Shown here one piece after another: positions 1-9,600 of a stretch of DNA of 64,000 nt. Under the pieces are notes generated by a model. It searched no databases and had not been told where the DNA came from. It was given only the letters and a program-made list of their open reading frames with translations. Each line of letters starts with the position of its first letter. Positions within the stretch are counted from its first letter, which is position 1. The stretch covers positions 416,001-480,000 of the forward strand of contig CALSNU010000004.1 in assembly GCA_943787795.1 (NCBI GenBank), read 5' to 3'. The stretch comes from an uncultured bacterium (GTDB taxonomy: Bacteria > Planctomycetota > UBA1135 > GCA-002686595). Both the position numbers and the translations under genes were made by a program.

Positions 1-1425
1 GTCGCCCTCGTAGATCTGATCCCCGGCAAAGTACAAGAGGTGCGGCTCCTGGGCCGCCACGTGCTGGGCGACCTTGGCGTGCGGGAACCAGAGCCCGGTC
101 TCGTTCCAGCGCAGGTCGCCGGTGAAGGACTTTTGACAGTTCACCACGGCGATCGTCATGGCGTCCCCGGCGGGTCGAGCCGCCAGGACGCCTCCATAGA
201 GGGCCACCGACGCGAGGTCAGGCGCGGCCTCCCCCGCGGCGTCGATACGCCGGGGGACGTAGCGCACACGGAAGGGCGTGTCGCGGGTCGCGTCCACCCC
301 GTCCACCGCGAAGTGAAAGGTCTCGCTCCCGCGGACAAAGGGCGCCGTCGCCACCTGTGCGAACTCCCCGTCCTCGTCCGCGAGCTCGAGGCTCGCCACC
401 AGGGTGTCCTCTGCCCCCAGCGGAACCGACTGCGCCGTCAGCTCGAGGCGAGCGTCGGTCGGGCCTCCCGCCTCATCCAGGGCGTAGTGCACGAACGCGA
501 TCGGGCCGAAGCCGCGGGTCGTGTCCTCCCCCACCAGCTCGCCCGCCAAGGTCCAGTCCTCGAACCGATATCCGCGGCCCGAGCCTGCGGGCCCCCGGTG
601 GGAGACGAGCGCCACCGCGCCGTCGAAGAGCCCCTCCGGTGCATCGTCCCAACTCGCGGTCGAGAGGACCGCGCCGGAGCTACCATCACGCACCGCGGCG
701 GTCACCGTGTGACGACCGTCGAACGACGCGCCGGTCACCTCGAGCTCAACTGGACGGGGTCCACCGTCCGTGAAGCCCTCGCCCTGGTAGCGCACGCCCT
801 CCACCGCGGCCAGCGCGGAAAGGGCGTGGTTGCTCTTCATGGACCACAGCCCGCCGCCCTCCACCGGCTGCTCGAAGTCGAGCACGGAGAGACGACCGGC
901 TCCATCCACCAGCAGCAGGTATCCGCCGTCCTCGGCGGGGCTCCCGTGGACCTGCGAGGTGAGCCTGTGATCCACGCCGCCCCCACCCGCGCCCAGCAGG
1001 AAGCCCGCAGCGCTCTCCGCTCGATCGCCCGGGTCGGCGCTGATTCGAACCGTCGCCCTGAAGGACCCCTCCTGCTCCGCCTCGAGCCAGTGGGTCAAGA
1101 GGTGGAGGGTCCGGATCCCGAACCGCGGTCGAGCCTCCAGGCAAACGGCTCCGCCGGACTCCAGCTCCCAGTCCTGGAGCCGGTTGGCCCAGTGGTCTCG
1201 CCCGATCCAGACGCGGTCGGGGTGCTCCGCCCAGTCGCTCTCGAAGGCGTTGCGCTCCGGGGGCGCCTCGACGACGAGGAGCTGGCAGGCGCCGAGGGTT
1301 CCCAGGCCGCCGAGCGAGATGAGGAGGGCCCGGAAGAGGTGTCCTGGGCGGCGTCCGGGGAGGCGTCCGAAGGGAGGCCAGGGGAGAGATCGTGGAGAGA
1401 GGGCGCGGAGGTGGGGTCGCTTCAT
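1..1425 (-). CDS. PhoD-like (alkaline phosphatase D family) metallophosphatase, exported; runs off the window start
   Basis: Not in the ORF track. Manual translation from ATG at 1425 reads MKRPHL...LGTLGAC (lipobox-like)...DRVWIGRDHWANRLQDW...IAVVNCQK...LLYFAGDQIYEGD to position 1; GDQIY matches the first PhoD metal motif. Confidence 0.75.
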   Translation of the reverse strand, partial: MKRPHLRALSPRSLPWPPFGRLPGRRPGHLFRALLISLGGLGTLGACQLLVVEAPPERNAFESDWAEHPDRVWIGRDHWANRLQDWELESGGAVCLEARPRFGIRTLHLLTHWLEAEQEGSFRATVRISADPGDRAESAAGFLLGAGGGGVDHRLTSQVHGSPAEDGGYLLLVDGAGRLSVLDFEQPVEGGGLWSMKSNHALSALAAVEGVRYQGEGFTDGGPRPVELEVTGASFDGRHTVTAAVRDGSSGAVLSTASWDDAPEGLFDGAVALVSHRGPAGSGRGYRFEDWTLAGELVGEDTTRGFGPIAFVHYALDEAGGPTDARLELTAQSVPLGAEDTLVASLELADEDGEFAQVATAPFVRGSETFHFAVDGVDATRDTPFRVRYVPRRIDAAGEAAPDLASVALYGGVLAARPAGDAMTIAVVNCQKSFTGDLRWNETGLWFPHAKVAQHVAAQEPHLLYFAGDQIYEGD

Positions 1426-1535
1426 GGTGGCTCTGGCCGCGGCGGCGCCCGCGGAGAGATCCCGGGAGGTCGCAGGCCCGCGCTACCCTGCCCTCGGCGT
1501 GTCGCCGGTTCCAGCCTGGAGGCCCAGAGCGGCCC

Positions 1536-2417
1536 TCACTCCGGCCCGCCGAGCTCGGCCTTGGCCCGCACCCACGCCGCCATCATCTCCCCCAGGCTGC
1601 GCTCATTGAGCGGACCCTCGAACTGGCCCTCCATGTTGCGGAAGCGAGCCTCGAAGCGGGCGAGGGCGGACCGGCACATGGCCTCGGGGTCCAGCTGGAG
1701 GTATCCACCGAGGAACGCAGAGGCCATGAGAAGGTCCCCCAGCTCATGCTCCACCCGCTCCCGCACGGCGGGGTCCAGCTGCGGCCGCGCGCTGCTCCGC
1801 AGGGACGCCTCCGGCAGGACCTCGATGAGCTCCTCGAGCTCCTCCTCCACCTTGCCCAGCGCGCCGCGCGCGTCCTCCCAGTGGAACCCAGCGGCCACCG
1901 CCTTCTGACACACGCGGCTGGCACGGTGGAGGGAGGAGAGCCCCCTGGGAACCCCAGCCAGCGCGCTCGTGTCCTCCTCGGCATCCGCCCGCTCGCGACG
2001 CTTGATGTCCTCCCAGGACTCCAGGACCTCCCCGGCAGAACCCGCGACGGCGGTCCCGAAGACGTGTGGATGCCGCCGCACCAGCTTCTCCGTGGCAGCA
2101 CGCGCGGCCGCCCCGAGGTCAAACCGCTCGCTCTGCTCCGCGATCCGGCAGATCAACATGAGCACCGTGAGGCAGTCACCAGCCTCGGAGGCCGCTGCCT
2201 CCGCGCTCGACTCCGCGATCGCCTCCGCCAGCTCATGGGCCTCCTCCACCGCGTACGGGGCCATGGAAGCCTCGGTTTGCTCGAGGTCCCAGGGGCATCC
2301 GTCCGGTTCGCGCAGCCGATCAACGATCGCGATCAGCGAGGCGAGCGCGGAGAGGCGCGGATCATCCGCGGGGACCGGCTCGGGCACAGACCGGGGGTCT
2401 CTCTTGGAATCGCTCAT
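1536..2417 (-). CDS. mazG: Nucleoside triphosphate pyrophosphohydrolase MazG
   Basis: RLREPDGCPWDLEQT, EEAHEL...EAGD, KLVRRHPHVFG, second domain KVEEELEEL...ELGDLL. Confidence 0.93.
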   Translation of the reverse strand: MSDSKRDPRSVPEPVPADDPRLSALASLIAIVDRLREPDGCPWDLEQTEASMAPYAVEEAHELAEAIAESSAEAAASEAGDCLTVLMLICRIAEQSERFDLGAAARAATEKLVRRHPHVFGTAVAGSAGEVLESWEDIKRRERADAEEDTSALAGVPRGLSSLHRASRVCQKAVAAGFHWEDARGALGKVEEELEELIEVLPEASLRSSARPQLDPAVRERVEHELGDLLMASAFLGGYLQLDPEAMCRSALARFEARFRNMEGQFEGPLNERSLGEMMAAWVRAKAELGGPE

Positions 2418-2454
2418 GACTGGCGGGGCTCGGACCCCGGTAGGAGTGCTGGCG

Positions 2455-3162
2455 TCAGGCGTATGGAACGGGGTCGGCGTGACCCGCCTCCGCGAAGCCC
2501 GCCAGGCGCAGCTGACATGCGTCGCACCGGCCGCAGGCGAGGGGCCTCGCGCCGGGCGCCTCCACCGGGTCGTAGCAGGTGTGGGTCAGGCCGAGGTCGA
2601 CGCCGAGCTCCGCCGCTCGATGGACGATGCCCGCCTTGGAGAGCTCCATGAGCGGCGCGTGCACCTTGAAGCGCTGCCCCTCCTCGGCGCCAGCCGCCGT
2701 GGCGAGGGTGGCCAGCGCCTCGAATGCGGCCAGGAATTCAGGCCGGCAATCGGGGTACCCCGAGTAGTCCACGGCGTTGACGCCCACGAAGAGGTCCGTC
2801 GCCCCGAGGACCTCCGCCCAGCCGAGGGCCACCGCGAGGAACACCGTGTTGCGCGCGGGGACATACGTGCTCGGTACGCCCTGACCGATCTCGTCATGGC
2901 CCCGGTCCTTGGGCACCACGATGTCATCGGTCAGCGACGAGCCCCCGAGGGTCGAGAGGTCCACGGCGACGGTCCGGTGATCTCGGGCGCCGAGCACCTC
3001 GGCCACGCGGGCCGCCGCGTCCAGCTCGCAGGAGTGCCGTTGGCCGTAGCTGAATGACAGGGCGTGGGCGTCGAATCCCATGGCCTTCGCCTCGGCGAGG
3101 ACCACGGCGGAGTCCATGCCCCCGGAGAGGAGGCAGACGGCGGGACGGGGGCTGGGAGTCAT
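2455..3162 (-). CDS. queC: 7-cyano-7-deazaguanine synthase
   Basis: Start reassigned to ATG 3162 (MTPSPRPAVCLLSGGMDS). Motifs YGQRH, TYVPARN, DYSGYPDCRP, CYDP...CGRCDAC. Confidence 0.95.
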   Translation of the reverse strand: MTPSPRPAVCLLSGGMDSAVVLAEAKAMGFDAHALSFSYGQRHSCELDAAARVAEVLGARDHRTVAVDLSTLGGSSLTDDIVVPKDRGHDEIGQGVPSTYVPARNTVFLAVALGWAEVLGATDLFVGVNAVDYSGYPDCRPEFLAAFEALATLATAAGAEEGQRFKVHAPLMELSKAGIVHRAAELGVDLGLTHTCYDPVEAPGARPLACGRCDACQLRLAGFAEAGHADPVPYA

Positions 3163-3310
3163 GGGAGAGCGGGCAGCAGGGGCGTTCCTGGGCGCACGAT
3201 ATCCCGCGACGGCCGGGCCCGGGGGCTGATCTCGAGGCGATCCTCCCGAGGCAGCGGATGCCGCGTTGAGATTCCCGGCGGCGGGCCTAGGCTGGTGCGC
3301 CGCAACCTGA

Positions 3311-4525
3311 GTGACCAGCGCTCCTCCCCCCCGCCCCAAGCACCCCGTGTCCCACCCCGCCCCCACCCGCGACGCCGTCCTCCAAGCCCTCCGCGGCGTC
3401 ATCGACCCCGACCTCGGCAAGGACATCGTCGAGCTCGGCTTCATCACTCGCTGCGAGATCAGCGAAGGCGGCGGCGTGGATGTGGTGATCAACCTCACCA
3501 CCCCGGCCTGCCCCGTGAAGGACCAGATGCGGGACCAGGCTCGCGGCTTCATCGAGGCCCTCGACGGCGTCACCTCGGTGGAGATCGAGATGACCGCCGA
3601 GGTGAAGGGGCCCAGCGGTCCGCCGCGGGACGCGGCCAAGGATGTACGCCACATCGTCGCCGTGTCGTCCGGCAAGGGCGGCGTTGGCAAGAGCACCGTC
3701 ACCGTCAACCTCGCCTGCGCCCTGGCCCAGACCGGGGCCCGCGTCGGCCTCTTGGACTGCGATGTCCATGGCCCGGACGTGCCGATGATGATGGGGCTGG
3801 GCGGCCAGCCCGACCAGGCCGAGATCGACGGCAAGACCAAGCTCGTGCCCAAGGAGCGGCGCGGCGTGAAGACCATGTCCATCGGCTACCTGGTCCCCGA
3901 CGACCAGCCCGTGATCTGGCGCGGCCCGATGGTGCACAGCTTCATCCAGCAGATGCTCACGGACGTGGTCTGGGGCGAGCTGGACTATCTGCTCGTGGAC
4001 ATGCCCCCGGGCACCGGGGACGCTCAGCTCTCCCTCGCCCAGGTCGTCCCGCTCTCCGGAGCGGTGCTCGTCACGACGCCTCAAGCCGTCGCGGCGTTCG
4101 ACGTGACCAAGGCGATCTCCATGTTCCGGCAGGTCGATGTGCCGATCCTCGGCATCGTCGAGAACATGTCCGGGCTCGTGATGGAGGGCACCGTCGAGGG
4201 CGGCGAGGCGGGCGCCACCGTCGAGCTTCAGCTCGGCGCCGAGACCGCAAAGGTCCAGCTCGAGGCGGGCGGGAAGTTCCGCTCCACCTTCGAGGTCTTC
4301 GGGTCGGGCGGCGCTGAGCGGCTCGGACAGACCCACGGGTTCCCCGTACTCGGGCACGTGCCCATTGACCCGGGCGTCCGCGCCGGCGGCGACCAGGGCG
4401 AGCCCATCGTGTCGGCCACCGGTGACGGCGACTCCGCCTCGGCGGACGCGCTTCGAGAGGTCGCGGGCCGGCTCGCCCAACGCCTGGCGGTGAAGGCCTT
4501 CGCGAGCCTGCCGATCCTAGACTGA
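3311..4525 (+). CDS. mrp: Mrp/ApbC/NBP35 Fe-S cluster carrier ATPase with N-terminal DUF59-type domain
   Basis: VIDPDLGKDIV...LTTPACP, GKGGVGKST, WRGPMV, DMPPGTGD, VTTPQ, ENMS. Start could be the GTG near 3347. Confidence 0.9.
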   Translation: MTSAPPPRPKHPVSHPAPTRDAVLQALRGVIDPDLGKDIVELGFITRCEISEGGGVDVVINLTTPACPVKDQMRDQARGFIEALDGVTSVEIEMTAEVKGPSGPPRDAAKDVRHIVAVSSGKGGVGKSTVTVNLACALAQTGARVGLLDCDVHGPDVPMMMGLGGQPDQAEIDGKTKLVPKERRGVKTMSIGYLVPDDQPVIWRGPMVHSFIQQMLTDVVWGELDYLLVDMPPGTGDAQLSLAQVVPLSGAVLVTTPQAVAAFDVTKAISMFRQVDVPILGIVENMSGLVMEGTVEGGEAGATVELQLGAETAKVQLEAGGKFRSTFEVFGSGGAERLGQTHGFPVLGHVPIDPGVRAGGDQGEPIVSATGDGDSASADALREVAGRLAQRLAVKAFASLPILD

Positions 4526-4566
4526 CCGACGCACGGGCCCGGGGCGTGACGCGCCAGCTTGTCCCA

Positions 4567-4685
4567 GGCTTCAGGATGTCCCAGGCGGCAGGGTCTCCCA
4601 GGCGGCAGGGTATCCCGGGCGGCAGGGTATCCCGGGCGGCAGGGTATCCCGGGCGGCAGGGTGTCCCGGGCGGCAGGGTGTCCCG
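4567..4685. repeat. 17-bp tandem repeat x7 (GGCGGCAGGGTATCCCG) between convergent genes
   Basis: Units start at 4567 (degenerate), 4584, 4601, 4618, 4635, 4652, 4669; no spacers. Confidence 0.95.
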
Positions 4686-4706
4686 GGGGCCAGAGCGCGG
4701 CCAGCG

Positions 4707-6602
4707 TCAGAGTCGCTCGCGGGCCTGACGGAGGATCACCAGGGAGCCCGCGGGGTCCTCGATGACCACCTGTCGGACGCCGCTCGTCAGGCGGCGCTCG
4801 GGGACCACGATCCGCAGGGCGTCGCCCAGGGTGACCAGCTCCGCGTTCAGGTTCGTCACCTCGAGCAGCAGGATCGCCGGGCCGGGTCGGAGGGTCACCT
4901 CGGGCAGGTCCTCGCGCAGGCTCGCGAGCGACTGCAGGACGACCGTCGCGCCGTCGCGAACCAGCGTGACGGCCTCGCCCGACCGCGGCTGCTCCCCCGG
5001 CTCGCACTCCAGCTCCTCAAATCGAAGCCGCTCCGTGTAGAACTCCTGCGTCGCCGCCACATCCTCGCAGCGGACGATGGGTCCGAGCGACAGCAGCTGC
5101 GCCTCGGATCCGGGCTCCGGGGCCGGCGCGACCTCCGTGAGGACGCGGCCGAGGGCAGCCTGGAAGCGCTCTGGCGCCTCGAGGTGGGGCCAGTGGCCGG
5201 TCGCCTCGAGGAGCTCGACCTCAAAGGACGGCAGCAGCCCGCGGTTTCCGTCGACGTCCGTTGGCGTGACGTCCGCGTTGATGCACCGGACGGGGCTGTC
5301 GATGATCCTCGTCGCTGGCTTGGGGTCGTAGGTGCCGAAGTGCTCCACGAGGGCGACGGCCATCGCGGCGTCACACCCGACGGAGTCGGCGACGATCCGC
5401 GCTCTCGTGGCAGGCGAGGTGTCCGCGCGGACCAGGGCCGCGGTGAACTCACCCATGGCTGCCGGGAAGTCCTGCCTGAACCGGGCCACGTAGGGCGCCA
5501 TCCGCTCGGGGTCCGCCTCGCCCGTCAGGCGGTGCAGCGACTCCACCCCCACGATGGCAGCGACCCGTCCAGGAGCGCGCGCCGCCGCCTCGAGCGCGAC
5601 CGGGCCGCCCATCGAATGGCCGACCAGTACCACTTCACGGAGCCTCTCCCTCTCGAGTAGCCGCGCCACGTCGTTGCCGAAGGCTGCGATGGTCCAGCTG
5701 CTGCGGACCTGGCCCGCCGAGGTACCGTGCCCGACCAGGTCCACCGTGTAGACCCGATAGGAGCGCGCCAGCGCCGCGGCGATCTCGGACCACTGCTCCC
5801 CGTTGCCACACCAGCCATGGATCAGGACGACAGGGCGGCCCTGCCCGCTCACCTCGAACCCCATGGAGAGGCCGTCCGCCGTCTCCACCGCTCGGGGGGG
5901 GGCAGCGCCCGAGGCGCCGGTGAGCGGGACCATCTCGCGCGGGGCGGTGGCGCGCTCACTGTCCGCCGGCTCCTTCTCACCGGCGAGGACGGAACCACCC
6001 GCCCGGAGTGGCTCGCTGCTTGTCAACGAAGCCCACGGGACCTCGAGGCGGTCCGCGCCCAGTAGTCCCTGGGCGAGGGTCGGGCCGATCGAGGGGACCT
6101 GGCCCGCCAGGGCATCCTGCCGCGCGCTCACGGCCTCCATCGCGGCGCGATCCGACCCGGCAGTGAGGTCCGGCGTGGCCGCCAGATCCAGCTTGGCCGC
6201 AGGAGACGGCCCCTCGACGGAGCCAGCCCCATCAGACGCCTCAGGGCTCACCCTGGCCTCGCCCGGGCCGTCGCCCACCGACCCGGCAGATGCCGGCGAC
6301 AGCGCCGTCGCGCCGCCCGGTTCGGCCTCCGGGGGCCCGGACTCCGAAGGCGCACTGACGCAGCCCTGGAACAGCACGGAGGCTGCCACGAAGAGGCCGG
6401 TGATCGTCTGGCTAGCGATGGTCAGCTGGGCAAGAGATGGGTGTGGCGCGCAGGAGTGAAGAGATCCACTCCGACGGTCGATGAGGGGACCGGAAGGGGG
6501 CTCCGAGATCCGGGCCCCCTCTCCGCCGGAGGAACAGTCTGCCGAGCAGGCCCCTGAGTGCAACTGTCCGCCCCCCGGTGCCTCGATCTGATCGCACGCC
6601 AC
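4707..6602 (-). CDS. Alpha/beta hydrolase (probable lipoprotein) fused to a C-terminal VOC/glyoxalase-like domain
   Basis: VVLIHGW, DLVGHG, GHSMGG nucleophile elbow, TGHWPHLE; C-terminus DVAATQEFYTERLRF...GVRQVVIEDPAGSLV. Lipobox-like LFQGC near 6360. True start uncertain, probably downstream of 6602. Confidence 0.8.
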   Translation of the reverse strand: MACDQIEAPGGGQLHSGACSADCSSGGEGARISEPPSGPLIDRRSGSLHSCAPHPSLAQLTIASQTITGLFVAASVLFQGCVSAPSESGPPEAEPGGATALSPASAGSVGDGPGEARVSPEASDGAGSVEGPSPAAKLDLAATPDLTAGSDRAAMEAVSARQDALAGQVPSIGPTLAQGLLGADRLEVPWASLTSSEPLRAGGSVLAGEKEPADSERATAPREMVPLTGASGAAPPRAVETADGLSMGFEVSGQGRPVVLIHGWCGNGEQWSEIAAALARSYRVYTVDLVGHGTSAGQVRSSWTIAAFGNDVARLLERERLREVVLVGHSMGGPVALEAAARAPGRVAAIVGVESLHRLTGEADPERMAPYVARFRQDFPAAMGEFTAALVRADTSPATRARIVADSVGCDAAMAVALVEHFGTYDPKPATRIIDSPVRCINADVTPTDVDGNRGLLPSFEVELLEATGHWPHLEAPERFQAALGRVLTEVAPAPEPGSEAQLLSLGPIVRCEDVAATQEFYTERLRFEELECEPGEQPRSGEAVTLVRDGATVVLQSLASLREDLPEVTLRPGPAILLLEVTNLNAELVTLGDALRIVVPERRLTSGVRQVVIEDPAGSLVILRQARERL

Positions 6603-6691
6603 ATAACCCGAACTCCGACATCGGCAAAGGACGGTTATCGTCCCTCTGGCCCTGATCCAAGCCCACGTGGCTGCGCCCGCCCCTCCTCGAC

Positions 6692-9600
6692 ATGATTCTC
6701 CCCGACGTCGCCCTCCACATCCGCTCCCTCGCCCGCACCCACGCGCCGCTCCTCAGGTCCAGCGCCATGGCGCTGCCGGCATCGCTCCTGGTCGCCGCGC
6801 TGGCCGGAGCTGCGCCACAGGAAGAGGGCGCCGCCGAGGTCGTCCCGGGCCTCGAAGCCCAGGCCCCCACGGAGGAGGGCCCCGAAGCTGAAGAGCCGGA
6901 GCGAGAGCTCCCCGAGCGTCGTCCGACCAAGGTCGAGGGGACGCTCCCCCTCGACTGGGTCGACACCCTCGAGTGGCGCTCCATCGGACCGGCGAACATG
7001 GGCGGGCGGATCACGGACATCGCCGTCAACCCGGCGGACTCCTCGGAGTACTGGATCTCCACGGCGGCCAGCGGCGTGCTCCACACGACGAACAACGGCG
7101 TCACCTACGAGCACCAGTTCACCCAGCAGCGCACCTCCTCGGTGGGCGCGCTCGCGGTCGCTCCCTCTGACCCGACACAGGTCTGGGCTGGAACCGGCGA
7201 GAACAACCCCCGCAACTCGGTCTCCTGGGGTGACGGCGTCTACGTCTCCAAGGACAGCGGCGCGACCTGGCGCTATGCGGGCCTCGGCCAGTCCTTCCAG
7301 ATCAGCACCATCATCGTCCACCCCGAGGATCCCAACGTCGTCTACGTGGGCGCGCTCGGCCGCCTCTGGGGGCCCAACGACGAGCGCGGCCTCTACAAGA
7401 CCACGGACGGCGGCTTCACCTGGGAGCGGGTCTTCTTCGTCGACGAAGATACGGGCGTGATCGAGGTGAAGATGCACCCCGAGGACCCCGACACCATCGT
7501 GATCGCGAGCTACGAGCGGCGCCGTGACATGTTCGACACCAACGACCCTGCGGTGAAGTGGGGCGACGGCTCGGGCATCCACCGCACCACCGACGGCGGC
7601 GCCACGTGGGAGCGGCTCAGCGAGGGCCTCCCCACCACCGAGCTCGGCCGGATCGGCCTGAGCTGGTCCGCCTCTCAGCCGGACAACATCTTCGCCGTGG
7701 TCGAGACCAATCGGATCACCCAGGAGCCGGAGAACGCCGCATGGTTCGGAGTCTCCTTCGAGAGCGCGGAGCTCGGCGCACGGGTCCGTTCGATCACCGA
7801 GGACTCCCCGGCCTCCTCGGCCGGCATGGAGGAGGGCGACATCATCCTGCGCATCGCGGACACCGCGATCCTGGACCAGACGCGGCTGCGCCGCGTGCTG
7901 CGCGACTACGTGGCCGGCGACGCCGCGAAGGTCGAGGCGGTCCGCGACGGCGAGCTCGTGGAGATGGAGATCACCTTCGACCGCAAGCCCGAGGAGGAGG
8001 AGGAGCGCCTCGACGTGCACGGCCGACGCCGCGACGGCCCCTTCGGCATCGGGCTCGGCGGCCAGCGCTCCAACGCTCAGGACGAGCAGGGCGCGGACGG
8101 GCATCAGTACGGCGGGATCTTCAAGTCCGAGGACCGCGGCACGACCTGGGCGCGCATCAACTCGCTCAACCCGCGCCCGATGTACTACAGCGAGATCCGC
8201 GTGGATCCGAGCGACGAGAGCTTCATCTACGTCGCGGGCACGCGGCTCCACAAGTCCAGCGACGGCGGCGTGACCTTCACCAATGACGGCCACGGCGGCG
8301 ACGTCCACGTGGACCACCACGCCATGTGGGTGGACCCCGCCGATGGCCGGCACATCATCCTCGGGAACGACGGCGGCGTGTACGTGACCTACGATCGGAT
8401 GGCCAACTGGAACCACCACAACCGGATGGCCATCGGGCAGTTCTACAACGTCACGGTCGGCCCCCGCATGAACTACATGGTCTACGGCGGCCTCCAGGAC
8501 AACGGCTCCTGGGGCGGTCCGTCGCGGACCAACGACAGCGGCGCCACCAACGATGACTGGTTCAACGTGGGCGGCGGCGACGGCTTCCGCTGCATCGTCG
8601 ACCCGGGCAACCCCGACCTCGTCTACTACGAGAGCCAGAACGGCGGCATGGGCCGGCGCGACTTCGCCTCGGGCGAGGGCGGGTACCTGAAGCCGCGCGC
8701 AGGGCGCGGTGACGACACCCAGTACCGCTTCAACTGGAACACTCCGTTCCTGCTCTCGAACTTCAACAGCGAGATCTACTACAGCGCCGGCAACTACGTG
8801 TTCAAGTCGGTCCAGAAGGGCACCGGCCAGCGGCGCATCTCTCCGGAGATCACGGCCACCGACCGCGGGAGCGCGGTGGCGCTCACCGAGTCCCCGCTCA
8901 GCCAGGACGTGCTCTACGTCGGTACCGATGATGGCGGCCTGTGGATGACCGAGGACGGCGGCACCGAGTGGGTCGACCTGATGGCCCTCAACGGCCCCTC
9001 AGAGCTCGATCCCGAGCCCGCTCCCGAGCCGGCCGCCGGGCCCGCCACCGGGGAAGAAGAGGGGGCGTCCGGTGAGGCCGAGAGCTCCCCCACCCCCAGG
9101 GCCAGTCGCGTCTCGCTCGGGGCCCTCGCCGCCGACGGGACCCTCCAGGGCACTTGGGAGTGCAAGGCAGAGGGCAGCGGGATCGAGTCCGATGACGACG
9201 GCAAGTTCACGGTGACGCTCGCGGTCGACGAGGCCGGGAAGGTCACGGGGACCCTCGACTCCGAGATCGGCGCCGGCCCCATTGAGGGCGCCGTGTGGAG
9301 CTCGGAATCGGGCCGACTGACCTTCTCCTTTGAGGGTGATGCCCTGACCCTCGTCTTCGACGCCAAGGCGGACCTCGAGGAGGGCACCATCAGCGGCACC
9401 ATCGAGGCCGCTGGCGGCGCGTTCAGCTTCACCTGGACCGGTACCCGAGGCGCTGAGGCAGAGGTCGCCGCGCCCAAGGCTGAGGCTGCTGAGGCTGAGG
9501 CTGCTGAGGCTGAGGCTGCTGAGGGAGAGGCCGCTCTCACCGAGGTCTTGGTGACCGAAGAGGAGCCTCCGGCCCCGGGAGTCGAGGAGCCGAAGACGGC

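Noticed and set aside
40..1908. Long alternative ORFs such as 40-1908 (+), 6635-8419 (-), 19019-21223 (-), 21577-24465 (-) and 60363-62417 (+)
   Set aside because: Antisense shadows of real genes, expected in high-GC DNA with few stop codons; no family motifs.
1536..3162. queC-mazG as an anti-phage or DNA-modification module
   Set aside because: QueC is canonical in length and motifs, MazG is the housekeeping two-domain type, and no dpd, qat or other defence partners are present.
3163..3310. preQ1 riboswitch upstream of queC
   Set aside because: No preQ1-I stem with A-rich tail is visible; the region is a short GC-rich divergent gap.
4567..4685. Possible CRISPR array
   Set aside because: Units are contiguous 17-mers with no unique spacers, and there are no cas genes.
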